Below, piece after piece: positions 38,595 to 50,241 of a stretch of DNA of 64,000 bases. This stretch comes from Iphione sp. A-MEVVRFRX5 (Eukaryota), in assembly GCA_976226885.1 (NCBI GenBank), contig OZ320319.1:25854001-25918000 (forward strand), in the 5' to 3' direction. The position numbers and the translations under genes were made by a program. Each line of letters starts with the position of its first letter. The first letter of the stretch is position 1. Under the pieces are notes generated by a model that had not been told where the DNA came from, did not search any database, and saw only the letters and a list, made by a program, of their open reading frames with translations.

Positions 38595-38889
38595 NNNNNN
38601 NNNNNNNNNNNNNNNNNNNNNNNNNNNNNNNNNNNNNNNNNNNNNNNNNNNNNNNNNNNNNNNNNNNNNNNNNNNNNNNNNNNNNNNNNNNNNNNNNNNN
38701 NNNNNNNNNNNNNNNNNNNNNNNNNNNNNNNNNNNNNNNNNNNNNNNNNNNNNNNNNNNNNNNNNNNNNNNNNNNNNNNNNNNNNNNNNNNNNNNNNNNN
38801 NNNNNNNNNNNNNNNNNNNNNNNNNNNNNNNNNNNNNNNNNNNNNNNNNNNNNNNNNNNNNNNNNNNNNNNNNNNNNNNNNNNNNNNNN
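38595..38889. other. Assembly gap (295 N) preceded by a (GAT)n microsatellite
   Basis: N run, with GATGATGAT repeats at about 38549-38594. Confidence 0.99.
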
Positions 38890-40498
38890 CTAATCACCAT
38901 CTGCTACTTCAGTTAATCTGCAGCAAGGGGACTGGCTCATGAGATAGAGCCGGATCATCAACTGAATTTAATTCATCAGAGCTTCTTTGAACCTGAATGT
39001 TTTTTTTCTCTGTTCTTGCACATAATTCAGGTAATGGGATATTGTCCTTTGATCAAACTTATTCTTTTCATCAGTTTTCCTGGCATCAGAAACAGGCTCA
39101 ACAAGCGCGACGCCCTAAAACCGTTGGAAGACAATGTCTTTTATACTTGATTAGAAATATTGCATGAGATCCTCAGGGGCATCTCTTAACCTCTAAAGGT
39201 CATACCTTGACCTCGAGAATGACCTATTATCACCCTAGGGTTAACCGACAGATATTCATTCTCATGGCGTCAGCCATATACTGGTAAGTAACACTTATCG
39301 TTCTTGAAAGACCTTTACTGACCTGGACCATAATTATGTAAGACATGATATAATCTATATCTCGGCATTGTGTGCAATATCCTTAATGTTCTCCTCCAGC
39401 TAAGTGCAATCGGGAAAATATTCATGCCACTCAATAAGTATTGTGCGGCTTGCCCAGCTCTTGATAAAGGTGTCTGTTTTAGCCTGCCGTGAGTTCACAC
39501 TTCAAGACTTATATCTGCACACTTTACATTTTACGCAGTATCTTTTATATTCACTGTGTTATAACATGCATGAAAATGAAGCCATTTGCAGGCACCGAAA
39601 TGTGCCTAACGACCTAAAGATGAAACTTCTGTATGTATAAGCCGCTTAAATCAACTGAACGCGAAGTCTCTGGGTGTCTCTGGTACCATCCTTCCCTCCA
39701 TTACTCAGTAAATGATGGAAGGTCGGCCTGGTTACTGTCATCTCAAGGTAATTTATCAAAACCTCGTCATAAAATCACGAGTTTGCTCTTTATGGCAGAG
39801 AAAAAGAGCATTTTAAAACCACCACATCAAATTGATAGTCCCAGTTGGCGGAAAGCAGTCAAAAGTACATTGGTCAGCCTGATACTACTATATCTTGCGC
39901 AACGTTTCATTTTGATTTTTTAAAAAATGTTGGGAGGTATTTTTAGTGAGGTGGTATTCAATACTTTACATACCTATTGTTTTCTGCCTTTTCTTACCGT
40001 TATGTAGTGAAAATTAGTCTGCAGGGTACAAGCGGTCATATCAGCATATACAAGTACCTCCTACTGAGCCAAAGTTGTCTTTTTTCCAGCCGTTTTACGT
40101 GGGAAGAGTTGCGACTTGGCTCAAATAAGACCATGGCGGGCGCTGTATTCTGCAGATGTATCAATGGCTATCGTTTTCTTTCAAGAAAGTCTCATGAAAC
40201 GGACTGTCAATGCGTATATGTAATTATAGAAGATATGGTTACTTTTGTTTCAGCTGGCGTCATCGTCAGGTAACACAGTCGTGAGCGAAAGCTACCACCG
40301 GATACAACCGAAGTATACCTATTAAATGTAGCAAGGAGGTCCTGATACCATTATCTGGGAGCCTCCTACACTTGAATAGGATCTCCGCAGAAGTAAATGT
40401 TTAAACTCCATGTTACCTGATGAGCCCATCATGGTTCAAATTACAGCAATCCCTGGCAGTGACCACACCTTCCTCTCACATCCCTGTCCTCGAATATT

Positions 40499-40818
40499 TA
40501 GGCCTAGTAAAAATGTATGTGTGTTTCCGGTAACCCAACTGACCCTCCTTTTGGTCCCTATGGAACGTTTTAATTTGTCCTTGATTTGTGAATATTTGCA
40601 GACGGAATAAGCCTATACACCACTGTTTTTCTAATGTCAGTAGTTTTCATGCGACATCAGTTTCGTTAAAATATGAGCAGTAGAACTGATGGTTCAGGAT
40701 TGTAAAGTCTGTCTAGCCTTTTCACTGGAACAATTATATGTAAAAAAAAACACCTACCTACTGATCCTATATTTTTTAACATGTTACCGGAAACACGGGT
40801 ATCTTTCTGCTGACCTTA
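40499..40818. mobile_element. MITE family A, copy 4
   Basis: Perfect 14-bp inverted pair GTGTTTCCGGTAAC (40521-40534) / GTTACCGGAAACAC (40783-40796), with termini TAGGCC...GACCTTA. Confidence 0.75.
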
Positions 40819-42449
40819 TTGCCCCCTCAACACTTCTAAGAACCTCAGGGGTCAGCACACGCCTACTGTATTAGCGAGCCCCTCGGCACTCAGGAGAGAA
40901 GGGTGGTTTAAAATGCTTGCCTGATAATCATGATTTGGTAGGATCCTCCGCAACTACTGAGTCGATACCGTCTGCACCTCTAGGGACAGAGGAATCAATG
41001 AGGGCGATGATACCAGGAACAGTACTGTAAGCACAATCTCCTTTGGAGCAATGGCACAAGTAACAGGGTCTGAGATTTAGGCCTTATTTGCATGTGCCTG
41101 TGTGGTGTGTGGTACGTTTTAAGCAGGGTATATTGGACTATCCTAGGTCACATCTGCTTACTCTATCAAAAAAATTCACCAGCTAAAGACCAGGATATGA
41201 AGGGGATTGAAAGAGAAGAACTTTAAATATGTCGACTGATTCTGATGCGAACAACGCTCCGGTGGTGTCCCAGTCCATTTTATTATATTTAGTTTTATCA
41301 ACCTCGTTATATAGAACACGTGCTCGGAACTGTCCTTTATTTACTCTTCCCCATTTGACTGATATTTAAACATTCAGATAACACTTTTCAGATACACATA
41401 AGGACATCGGTAAGACGAGCAATCTTGCTAATCCATATGTAGAGAAATCAACTAACATGTTCCCCATCATAATTTTTCTCTAGCCGCAACGACTCTCTCT
41501 CTCTAGTGTGTTCTTCGTGAAAATAATGATATCTGAAAACGTTTTAAATGAACGATGCTAACAAATTATGATAGATCCGAAAACACCTCTTAATTAATTC
41601 TCTGATATAAAATATGAACAGGCATATCTGCTTATCGACCGTTTATTACCTGTCTCAGGCAATCCGAGCGTTCTCACTCTCATGATAGTCGTCTTTATAG
41701 TTTAACCAAAGAAGTTTCTTATCAACGACTTTATTTCGAAAGAAAAAGCTCTCGTGAAAATGGATAGAACTTACAAAGTTATTTTGTTAAGTGCCATGCG
41801 ACGATGGACAACAAAATATTCTGGTGATATTCTTACAGCCACTTTGATTTACAGCCGGTCATTATTAAACCAATTTGAAATTTACGACTGTTTCCATACA
41901 AGCGCCGTGAATTGCTTTTAGCATGGTTATAACTGGTGACTTGCTTTTTTTGTGCGCCCTAATCCCCATAATTACACCGAAGACTCTGGAAATACGAGGC
42001 TGGAAATTGTCCACTTCCAAAGACAGACACTTACACCCTCTGAATCTGTTTCAACAGCTTCGTAACTGAATCTCTAAATAGGGAAGTGGGGGGGGGGGGC
42101 ATTCGTCAGTAGTTTAATGTAGAACTCTATTACACAGGAGACAGGCACGCATCACGTTTGCTACTAGGCGGTGAGATGAGGGTGAAACCTACACCAACCT
42201 TTATTGCTGTTCAAGTATTACAAACATGAGTACTCGTGAATCAGCAGAAAAGTAAAGCATATCAAATGCAAGTGACAGTTGCCGTTAGGTTTACATTGAC
42301 TACTGCTGATGAAGGAGTAAGGGGACACCCTGCTCTCTGGTGGTCACTGCCTAGCTACATTTGTGGGGCAGTGGAGAGTTACACTTGTGTGATTACTACA
42401 TACTTATACACCCCAGTTTTTTTTAACCGTAAGCATATTCTGGACTAAG

Positions 42450-42675
42450 TAACAGGGGGGGACAGCTATTTTGGTGAAGCGTTATCAGTTGTTTTAATTC
42501 CTGGTGAAACGTTATTGGCCTTGTAAATTACCTGTTATTCATTATGACAAGCATACTGGTGAAGCGTTATCAGAAGAAATATTCCTGGTAAAGCATTATC
42601 AGGCCTAATTTTAAGAGTTACAGGTGTTTTTAATTCTTGGTGAACCGTTATTGAGACCCCCTGTCCCCCCTGTTA
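42450..42675. mobile_element. Small MITE (family B) with TAACAGGGGGG(G)ACAG TIRs and internal GGTGAAGCGTTAT repeats
   Basis: Left end TAACAGGGGGGGACAG, right end CTGTCCCCCCTGTTA. There are five GGT(G/A)AA.C.TTAT sub-repeats. Confidence 0.75.
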
Positions 42676-43585
42676 AGTATAGCATGAGGCATAAAAGCCA
42701 CATCATTTCATAATCAAATCAGACCCCAATCATTTAGGTGCAGCTAAGCTTTTAGAACGTTTTCATACTTGTCCACGTTAACGTTTCCTTATAAGCAGAT
42801 TGACCAAGATAGAACTTAACGTCTACATTGTAGTTTGGTAAAAGCCTTGTTGCCATCGTTCACCACAGTTTCCATCAGCGTAGAGCTGACGTCGACTGCT
42901 AGGCCAGAATAGCCAAAAGGCTATGTTCATCATTTCCGAAAGGTTGCGCCATCCTGAGTCATCAGCAAATTAAGATGGTGTGCAGATGGCAATTTGGCAT
43001 AATAAACTCACGGCATAGTGCACCCCTTCCTAGACAGTAATTTGCGTATGACCTACCATTGCCATCGCCGAGCGCTGGGTCAGGAATAGGTTTTCGCACT
43101 TCTATGCCACCAGGCGCGCTGCGGTGTCCTTGAACGCTTCGCCCTCTGTTAGTTCGCGTCGACACTGAAGCAGGTGCTGCACCCTTCCGCCAAAAAGGCG
43201 CAGTACACACAGCGCCGTCTCGTGGGACGTTGCCGAGGTGACTTGAAAATTTTGGATGGTCTATGACTTTTGCCCTATCCACGCTGTCTTAAATGCCATG
43301 GGGTTGTCTTGTCTACGGTCTCCGACGTAAAGCAGGGTCTCTGTGCGCGATTAACTGCTCTGCGCCAACTGTAAGGCAATCTAAGTGTGTTCTTGGTTGG
43401 AGACAATGATCAACTGCAAAAATTAAAAGCAATCAAATCATATTTGAAAATTTAAGCGGGCAATACTTCATACAAATTCCCTTAAATCCATCTCCACTAA
43501 ATAGAAGTCAGAGTGAATCGGCTGTATAGCAACCGAATGCTTTCCAGATAAAAGTTTCAACAGCAATGTCGGGCAATGTATCCTG

Positions 43586-44200
43586 TTATTTTTTTTTTTT
43601 AAATCAGCACAAGCTGTTTATTGCTGAAGATGATACAGTAGTATATTCGTGCTTTTTCATTTTAACAATAAAACAACAACCGGTTGAAACGGACGGAGAT
43701 AGGATAAAGTACACAATCAAAAGGCCTCCTGAACCATAGACCAAAGTTTAACTCTCTTAACATTATGAGCAGATCTAGCAGAGTACAGTTCAAGTCTAGC
43801 AAGATCATGGAATTCCTGTAACCAATCCGTAAAACAAACCATACCATTGTGGAAGCATTTACACTTCATGATATAAAATTTTGTAAGAAGGAGCACATAA
43901 TTCAAAAGTGTCCGATTAGGCACAGGGTCATAGACCCCGAACAATAGTTCACAGTTGGTTAGAAAATCAACCTGTAGAGAAAAAATGACATTCCACCAGT
44001 GAAAGATATGTTGCCACAGTGCAGTGGTACAAGGACATTCAACAAAATAGTGTAACAATGTATCTTTTGAAGAGCAGTAGTTACAAATGTCCGTATCACT
44101 AATTCGTATCTGTTTGAGATATACATTACACGGGATAAGTCTATGTATCAACTTGAAATAAAAACTTTGGTATTTTGTAATTTTACAACAGGTGTATGGC
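43586..44200 (-). mobile_element. 5'-truncated L1/Tx1-like LINE 3' end (zf-RVT region, AATAAA, poly(A))
   Basis: ORF 43717-44310 contains FYFKLIHRLIPCN..L.....DICNYC..KDTLLHYFVECP..LW. AATAAA lies at 43617-43622 and an A12 tail at 43589-43600 on the minus strand. The first ~42 codons of the called ORF are probably flank. Confidence 0.85.
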
Positions 44201-44527
44201 ATATGCGCCCATCGACTAGGCCCAGTTTTACCATTCTGGACAGACCTGTAGCTACTGTAATAGCCAATCATGCAGTGCATGGGATGGGAACAGGCTCTCT
44301 CACCAAACATTGTGCATGTGACAGAGTTGTCATATTAACAGGAGGTTATAAATATGCATGTGTGTGTGTGTAGCTAGCTTTCCTCGTTTCGAACAGTCGG
44401 ATGGAACCATTGTTTTTTAGACCCCCCCCCACCTCCTCTAGACGCCTATACTCATACTTATCAAGTACAGATAATCATACTACAGGCACTGAACCAAAGG
44501 GTCTATATACCAAGTAAGAGCTTACTA

Positions 44528-46262
44528 GGGGAAATGTGGGTAATTTGGACCAGTGGGTAAATTGGACCACATGAAGATCTCTGATTTCCAGGCAAGGAAG
44601 GAATATGAGCGCCATCCAACAACATGTGATATAACTACACAATGTCTATAGTAGCTTCAAAAGAACATGTGCCAAGCTAAGAAGCATTATTGGTTTTATG
44701 TCTCATTGATCTAACTTTACCAGTTATTATTATTTTTCAATGTAGTTGTGAGCTGAAAGTACACAGACCCCTAAAATAACTTCATATCAATAGTGTCTCA
44801 CTCAGAAGGAATATTAACATCAAGTTTAGTCTCTGTCATCTACATAAAAATGAGTAGGAAACATCATTTCTAGGGTTTGGTGTGTGGGTAAATTGGACCA
44901 CTATAGGGAGGGTATATTGGATCACTGGTCAAACTATCTGACTCAGTCCAATCTACCTACACAACCATTACCTTTTCTTTTACCTGTTAAGCAGGCTTTG
45001 GAGAAACCTTGTGGTACCTGTATTTGGTCTTAACATGGAGCTATCATATGAAACCCATCTATTTTGAACTGAGACAGTAAATGTAGTGTAAGTTTGTAAA
45101 AATCCATGATGTAACCTTTTCTACTGTAAGTATCTTTTTGATTCAAATGAAAGGTATCATTTTTAAAAATAAATAGAAAAACATTTGTTGGTTTTATTTG
45201 TGTTGGTTTTAACACATTTAGGACTTTTAATGACAAGACAATTGGTGCAGATGTGTAGAAATTTGCCCAGGTGTTGGAGGAGGTCATCAACAAAGCTCCT
45301 GTCACTAGTGCAAGGAGCTTTTCGAGGCCCCAGAGGTTATCTTGCCAAATGAATTTTTTGAGTTTTTAAAATGTTTGGTGAAACATTTTATATATACATG
45401 TACACACATTTGATAAATTTGCAGCAACAGGTATGAAAGGAATCTAATACCACAGGAATGCAGGCCCCAATCTAATAGACAGGTAGATCAGTGGTTGCAC
45501 AGAAATAAGATGTTCTCGTTAAGGGATAGGAAGGATAACTCTCTGTTGTTATTGATTCATGATATGGTGAACTTATCCCTATTTAGGATACAACACCGTA
45601 GCATCACAAGAGCGGATCATCACTTGCGTCTGGCAGTGGATCTGACAAAAAAAGCTATGTTCAGACGAAGCTTTGTGTACAGGGGCATTCTGAAATGGAA
45701 TGCTTCCAGCCCAGCAATGAACACGATGAAGAAAGCTGAACTAAAACTAGCATTAAGGAGACTAAAGTTTGCTTGTTAAGGCTGAAAATAAAGTCAATAC
45801 AGTCTGAGCATCTTCTGTAAAGCACCTGATGTGGTGGCAAAGGTAGCTCAATAAACAGTTCAAATTCAAATTCAAATTCAATCTATTGTACATATTTTGA
45901 TGGAAGAAGTTGCAAATTCCATTGGCATCACAATTAATAGTGACCAAAACCTTTCAAAGCCATGCTGTTATTCATGGGACCTGCATTTGTAGGACCTAGA
46001 TTCATTTTACACCTGACTGAGCAGACTATGGCACCTGGTCCAATTTACCCCCCTTGTTGGGTAAATTGTATCAGTCATCAAACATTTTCAGTTGCATTTT
46101 ACTCAAAGACTGATCTAACTAAAATTCCCCCAGTTTGGGGTTTGTTAAAATATGCTGCAGCCCCTATTGTTTCAAAATAAGGAAGGTATTTGGACAATAC
46201 CTTAGACATCTTGCTTTTAGAGCATATTTTTCTTGTGGGGTCCAAATTACCCACCCTTCCCC
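44528..46262. mobile_element. Internally deleted Tc1/mariner-superfamily (pogo-like) DNA transposon with TA target duplication
   Basis: 24-bp TIRs GGGGAAATGTGGGTAATTTGGACC / GGTCCAAATTACCCACCCTTCCCC match 22/24, and TA flanks both sides. Subterminal GGGTAAATTGGACC repeats are present. A weak transposase-like remnant (FAQVLEEVINKA) lies near 45260-45300. Confidence 0.85.
45480..45882 (+). mobile_element. CR1/L2-like LINE 3' fragment nested in the pogo-like element
   Basis: ORF 45495-45779 has HRSITR....RRSFVYRGILKWN, a typical CR1-group C-terminus. A short 3' UTR carries AATAAA and a (TTCAAA)n tail at about 45859-45881. Confidence 0.75.
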
Positions 46263-46397
46263 TACATGTACATGATACAGGACTGTCTTGATTGTGTGAG
46301 ATCCTGTATATTGTAGAATTCCAAACCAGTACACCGCATCTCTGAAGAAGTCACCTTCAGGAAAAGACATCTCTTTGTAACACAGTAGTGTTATGTA

Positions 46398-46462
46398 GCG
46401 GACATTCGGACATTCGGATGTTCGGCCATTCGGACTAACGGACGTTCGGGTGTTCGGACGAC
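46398..46462. repeat. Short (GGAC/TA/GTTC)n-type degenerate array, resembling DNA-transposon subterminal repeats
   Basis: GCGGACATTCGGACATTCGGATGTTCGGCCATTCGGACTAACGGACGTTCGGGTGTTCGGACG; no partner end was found. Confidence 0.6.
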
Positions 46463-47224
46463 CAAGTCGCGGATATGGTACGACGGGATGCTTGAGTCTC
46501 ACATAGATATGAACCACGAGTGTGGCAGATATGCGGACATTGTTTTAACGGTCTTTCATTGGACATTGTATTACGTACATTATAATGTAACTATGTGCAT
46601 ACGCAGTGGTAAGAGAGAGAGAGTTCTAATTGTACAGTGTATAGATATAAGTCTCTTAACGCGGATCCTCGATTTGCAGACAACAGGTGTATCATGTCTC
46701 TGACATGGCGCCATCGACAGTCTGGGAATCGAGATCCCACACACCAGTAGACACTCATAAACTATGTTCAGGTGACGGGTCAGTCTAAACAAACATAGGG
46801 TCGGAGGGGAGATTTCGAGGCACTTCCATACCTGCGGTGATGTGCGTGTGTGTTGCTGTGTGTTGCAGTGCGTTGCCCATTTTCGGTCCCTTCCCGTAAA
46901 TTTGCTGCAAACGCACGGCACCGCACACCAACACACTGGTATATTTTCATTATTGGTCACTTTTGGTCACTTTTTAGTCACTTTTGGATGTGGATACCGC
47001 ACATTTCCACACGTCAGTCCTTATCCACACTTTTTCCCGTCATTATCTCCACAGAAACACCACACATAACAAAACATCAACTTTATTAGTTTTTGGTATA
47101 CAATGGTCAAGAAAATCCCTTTTGACATCCATTGCGAGGGGGTGGGTGCACTACCCACCACCTGTGATTATTTTATACATAATGAGGTATACTGTGTGGT
47201 AGCTGTTACCAACACTATGAAACA

Positions 47225-48256
47225 TCAGAGTATACGACAAGACAAATTACCAAAGCCAGAATGGTTATTTACGCAATCTATTTGATTGACAAACTTCTCA
47301 ACAGCTTTAGATGAGGCGATAAGCTTAGAAGTATATACTTGATATGCAGACTCAGAGCGCCAGGTCCCTTGTGCCTTAATACCTTCGACATCTGCGCCCA
47401 AGGACTGTAAGGTAGTAGCCCCGTCCCTCCTAAAACTATGGAGAGAGTAGGCGGAGGCTGGGAGGCCCAGGGCTTTTATCAGTATTGCTAGCACATGTGA
47501 AGCCTTACGTACTGTTATCGGGAGGTGGTAAACTGGATCCCTGAAGACTGGGCACTCTGGAGATAAATCATCAAACAAGGAAAACATGTCCTGCAAAGCT
47601 TGAATTGGACATAGGATGGAGCCAGTCTTCGGGACTGAAATCTTAACTGGAGACCTTTTACTAACAGTTTTTGCCCATTTAATAGTGACTATACAGTTTT
47701 TACTCGTCATTTCAATATCTCCTATCAACAGTAGTTTGGAGAGGTCTACCTCCTTAACAGATTTCACCGTAACATTGCTTTGACGCAAAAGCGAGTGGAA
47801 CATAAAGAGATATAGTGCTTTAAAAACCTTCCCTACGCCTGCCATATTGTCCAGCATTCCTACCATCACCTTTAGATGTGGGATCGTGATAGGTAGTCGT
47901 CTATCAACCGGGTTGTTGTTGGTCCTCTTGTGAGCCTTGAGAGCCAGCTTCACCTTCAAGTGATCCCAAGCATCCTTTGACAGATCCATGAGGGCTAGGA
48001 AGTGTTGGGCTGCTGATACGTGCTGCGCTGTCGATACAGGACTTTTATAATGTAATGATAAATATTCCAAGAAAATTAATACATCTGCCACAGAAAAGAA
48101 CTGCCACTCTAGGTGGTAATATGTCGAGTAGCCAACTAATAGCCTTAGCATCCTTAATCTGGCTGCATGCGTTCCTGGGGCCACGGCCTGCTTCTGCCTC
48201 CAGGCTGCACTTCGAGCAAGGGTCGATAGTCGATGATCTGAAAATATTTTTCTCAA
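47225..48256 (-). CDS. Tyrosine recombinase (ORF3, 343 aa from a TTG; first ATG at codon 37)
   Basis: Catalytic set LLRQSN (R), KWAKT (K), SLHSFRR (H-x-x-R), GTWRS (W), AYQVY (Y). Confidence 0.93.
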   Translation of the reverse strand: MRKIFSDHRLSTLARSAAWRQKQAVAPGTHAARLRMLRLLVGYSTYYHLEWQFFSVADVLIFLEYLSLHYKSPVSTAQHVSAAQHFLALMDLSKDAWDHLKVKLALKAHKRTNNNPVDRRLPITIPHLKVMVGMLDNMAGVGKVFKALYLFMFHSLLRQSNVTVKSVKEVDLSKLLLIGDIEMTSKNCIVTIKWAKTVSKRSPVKISVPKTGSILCPIQALQDMFSLFDDLSPECPVFRDPVYHLPITVRKASHVLAILIKALGLPASAYSLHSFRRDGATTLQSLGADVEGIKAQGTWRSESAYQVYTSKLIASSKAVEKFVNQIDCVNNHSGFGNLSCRIL

Positions 48257-50241
48257 AACGTTAGGACCCTCTGGAGCATTTTTTCTTTAATAGGTACCGG
48301 AATAACTGCTGGATTGTTTCTTAGAAAATGTGAAACTATAGCCTTATACTTTGGGGCCAATCCATATCTACTCATCGCATCTGCTACTAACATGTTAGCA
48401 CCTTCTTTATGAAAAAACTTTATCTGTGCATGACAGGAAGCTTGTGCAAACCAAATCGCTCTGGCTGCCTTGAGCATTATTTCATCCCTACCTCGGCCTG
48501 TCGAGAACACACATATTGAAGCCAGGTTATCACAATATACTATAAAGGCAGAGGCATGAGTATATCTAGGAAGAAAAACCCTTATGACCAGGGCGACATT
48601 CAAGGCCTCGACCTGTGCGATATTATAGTGAGACAAGCATTTAAAAGTGCGTGTGGAATAAAAGAAATGGGGGGAATAAGCACCCAAGCCCTGTGGGCAG
48701 GCATCACAATGAATTTCTACTGGGGTACATGACACACTAAAAAACGAGATGCCATTGAATCTCGGCAAATACCTACTAAACCAGGCTAAATCTGCTTTTA
48801 TCGACGAAGACATGGTTAGTTGTTTACTGCCCTCTGCTATGGCCTCCCTGTAGCTTTGTAGTATCCGCCCTACAAATAACCTGGTTGGAGTTACACATCT
48901 CGATATATGATTGAGAAGGCCGAGCAATTGCTGGACTTGTCTTACCGAAACTTGCGAGCGTGACATATACCTTCGGACCATAAGCAGAGCTTTTATGATC
49001 TTTTGCTGTGGGATCGATAATGAATATCTTTCTAGATCAATTGTAACACCAAGCCATACCAACAGTTTTGTTGGCGGCTGACACTTCTTCACTGCTGGCG
49101 ACAAGCCTAGGTCTCTCATCAAATTCAAGGTGTAAATATATGCTTCCTTGGCTAGTACAATCGATGATGCCAGAAATACATAATCATCTAAATAAGCGAA
49201 GCCAACCAGTGAAGTATACATGGAACAGACGTTTTTAACAATCTTTTCTGACAACACTTGCAGTAAAACTGAGCTGTACCGGGTACCAAACGGTAATCTT
49301 AGATCAAAATAGTATTGCATTTCATGGGTAATACCTAAAAAAGGCCACATTAAGGGGTCTGTGTTAAAGTTGCGATACGCCCTTGAGATATTGACTGAAA
49401 ACAAGAAATAATCATCAGATGCTTTTGACAAATATTTCACTAAATCAGATACATCAGGTAACTTCAAATGCATCATTATACCATAATAATCATGCTCTGG
49501 GATGTGACTGTTGACACCTGAGTAAGAGAGGTCAACAATTATACGCCTATTTGTGTCACTATCCTTCGGCCTGGAAAGCATGGGACTTATAACTACGTGA
49601 TCATATGGGAGGGTGTGGAATGGTCCCAATAATGCCCCATCGTCCAACTCTGTTTGGATATACTTAGACACTGCCTCTGGAAAGGCTGTTGCAGTAGGAA
49701 AGTTATCATTTTTAATGAAATGGACCGGTAGGGAGGTAATACCTAAGGGAAAGCCGTAGCACAGACAGTCATATAAAAAAGAGTTGCCGGGATCCATACC
49801 CAGCAAGGAATGCCAGGCTTCTAAATTCAATCTGGTGGGAAGGAGGACCCTAGCTTCAGCCAGGTTACAGCGACCTGAAGCTCTGACCTCCTCGTATATC
49901 TTTCGTTGGTGATCTGGAAGAAATGCAGTCGGACGAGGCCAGCTGCATAATACCACGCCTATCGTTGCATCAAGAAGGGGTGGAGTACTGCTGAGAATCC
50001 CTCCGTTTACTGAATAACCGGTGGGTTCCCCTGCGTGATCGAACTGATCTAGGAGGTGGGTGAAGGTGCCCAATTCGACTGCCAATTTGTATCCTGTCGA
50101 CGGGTTTGGCGCTGTGGCAGAGCAGCTTGCTCCTGTGATTGTTTCTTCTCCTTGTCGTCGCGGGTCAGCCTCTTGCGTTGTCTGCACACGTCCGGACGAT
50201 GATCGAGACTCTTTCCAAATAAGTGAAAGCACACTGGGCAC
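48253..50241 (-). CDS. DIRS/Ngaro-type reverse transcriptase-RNase H (ORF2, 662 aa from a GTG; first ATG at about codon 149)
   Basis: Motifs: YGFPLG, RRIIVDLS, LPFGTRYS, YLDD, WLGVTID. RNase H residues occur in CDAC, QVEAL, CDN and ADAMSR. The ORF ends soon after RNase H, so there is no Dam-like methyltransferase domain. Confidence 0.94.
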   Translation of the reverse strand: MPSVLSLIWKESRSSSGRVQTTQEADPRRQGEETITGASCSATAPNPSTGYKLAVELGTFTHLLDQFDHAGEPTGYSVNGGILSSTPPLLDATIGVVLCSWPRPTAFLPDHQRKIYEEVRASGRCNLAEARVLLPTRLNLEAWHSLLGMDPGNSFLYDCLCYGFPLGITSLPVHFIKNDNFPTATAFPEAVSKYIQTELDDGALLGPFHTLPYDHVVISPMLSRPKDSDTNRRIIVDLSYSGVNSHIPEHDYYGIMMHLKLPDVSDLVKYLSKASDDYFLFSVNISRAYRNFNTDPLMWPFLGITHEMQYYFDLRLPFGTRYSSVLLQVLSEKIVKNVCSMYTSLVGFAYLDDYVFLASSIVLAKEAYIYTLNLMRDLGLSPAVKKCQPPTKLLVWLGVTIDLERYSLSIPQQKIIKALLMVRRYMSRSQVSVRQVQQLLGLLNHISRCVTPTRLFVGRILQSYREAIAEGSKQLTMSSSIKADLAWFSRYLPRFNGISFFSVSCTPVEIHCDACPQGLGAYSPHFFYSTRTFKCLSHYNIAQVEALNVALVIRVFLPRYTHASAFIVYCDNLASICVFSTGRGRDEIMLKAARAIWFAQASCHAQIKFFHKEGANMLVADAMSRYGLAPKYKAIVSHFLRNNPAVIPVPIKEKMLQRVLTF

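Noticed and set aside
38582-38900. Poly-X ORFs
   Set aside because: Artefacts of the N gap.
42900-43380. GC-rich island with ORF 42962-43282
   Set aside because: No recognisable domain, other frames contain stops, and no termini were found.
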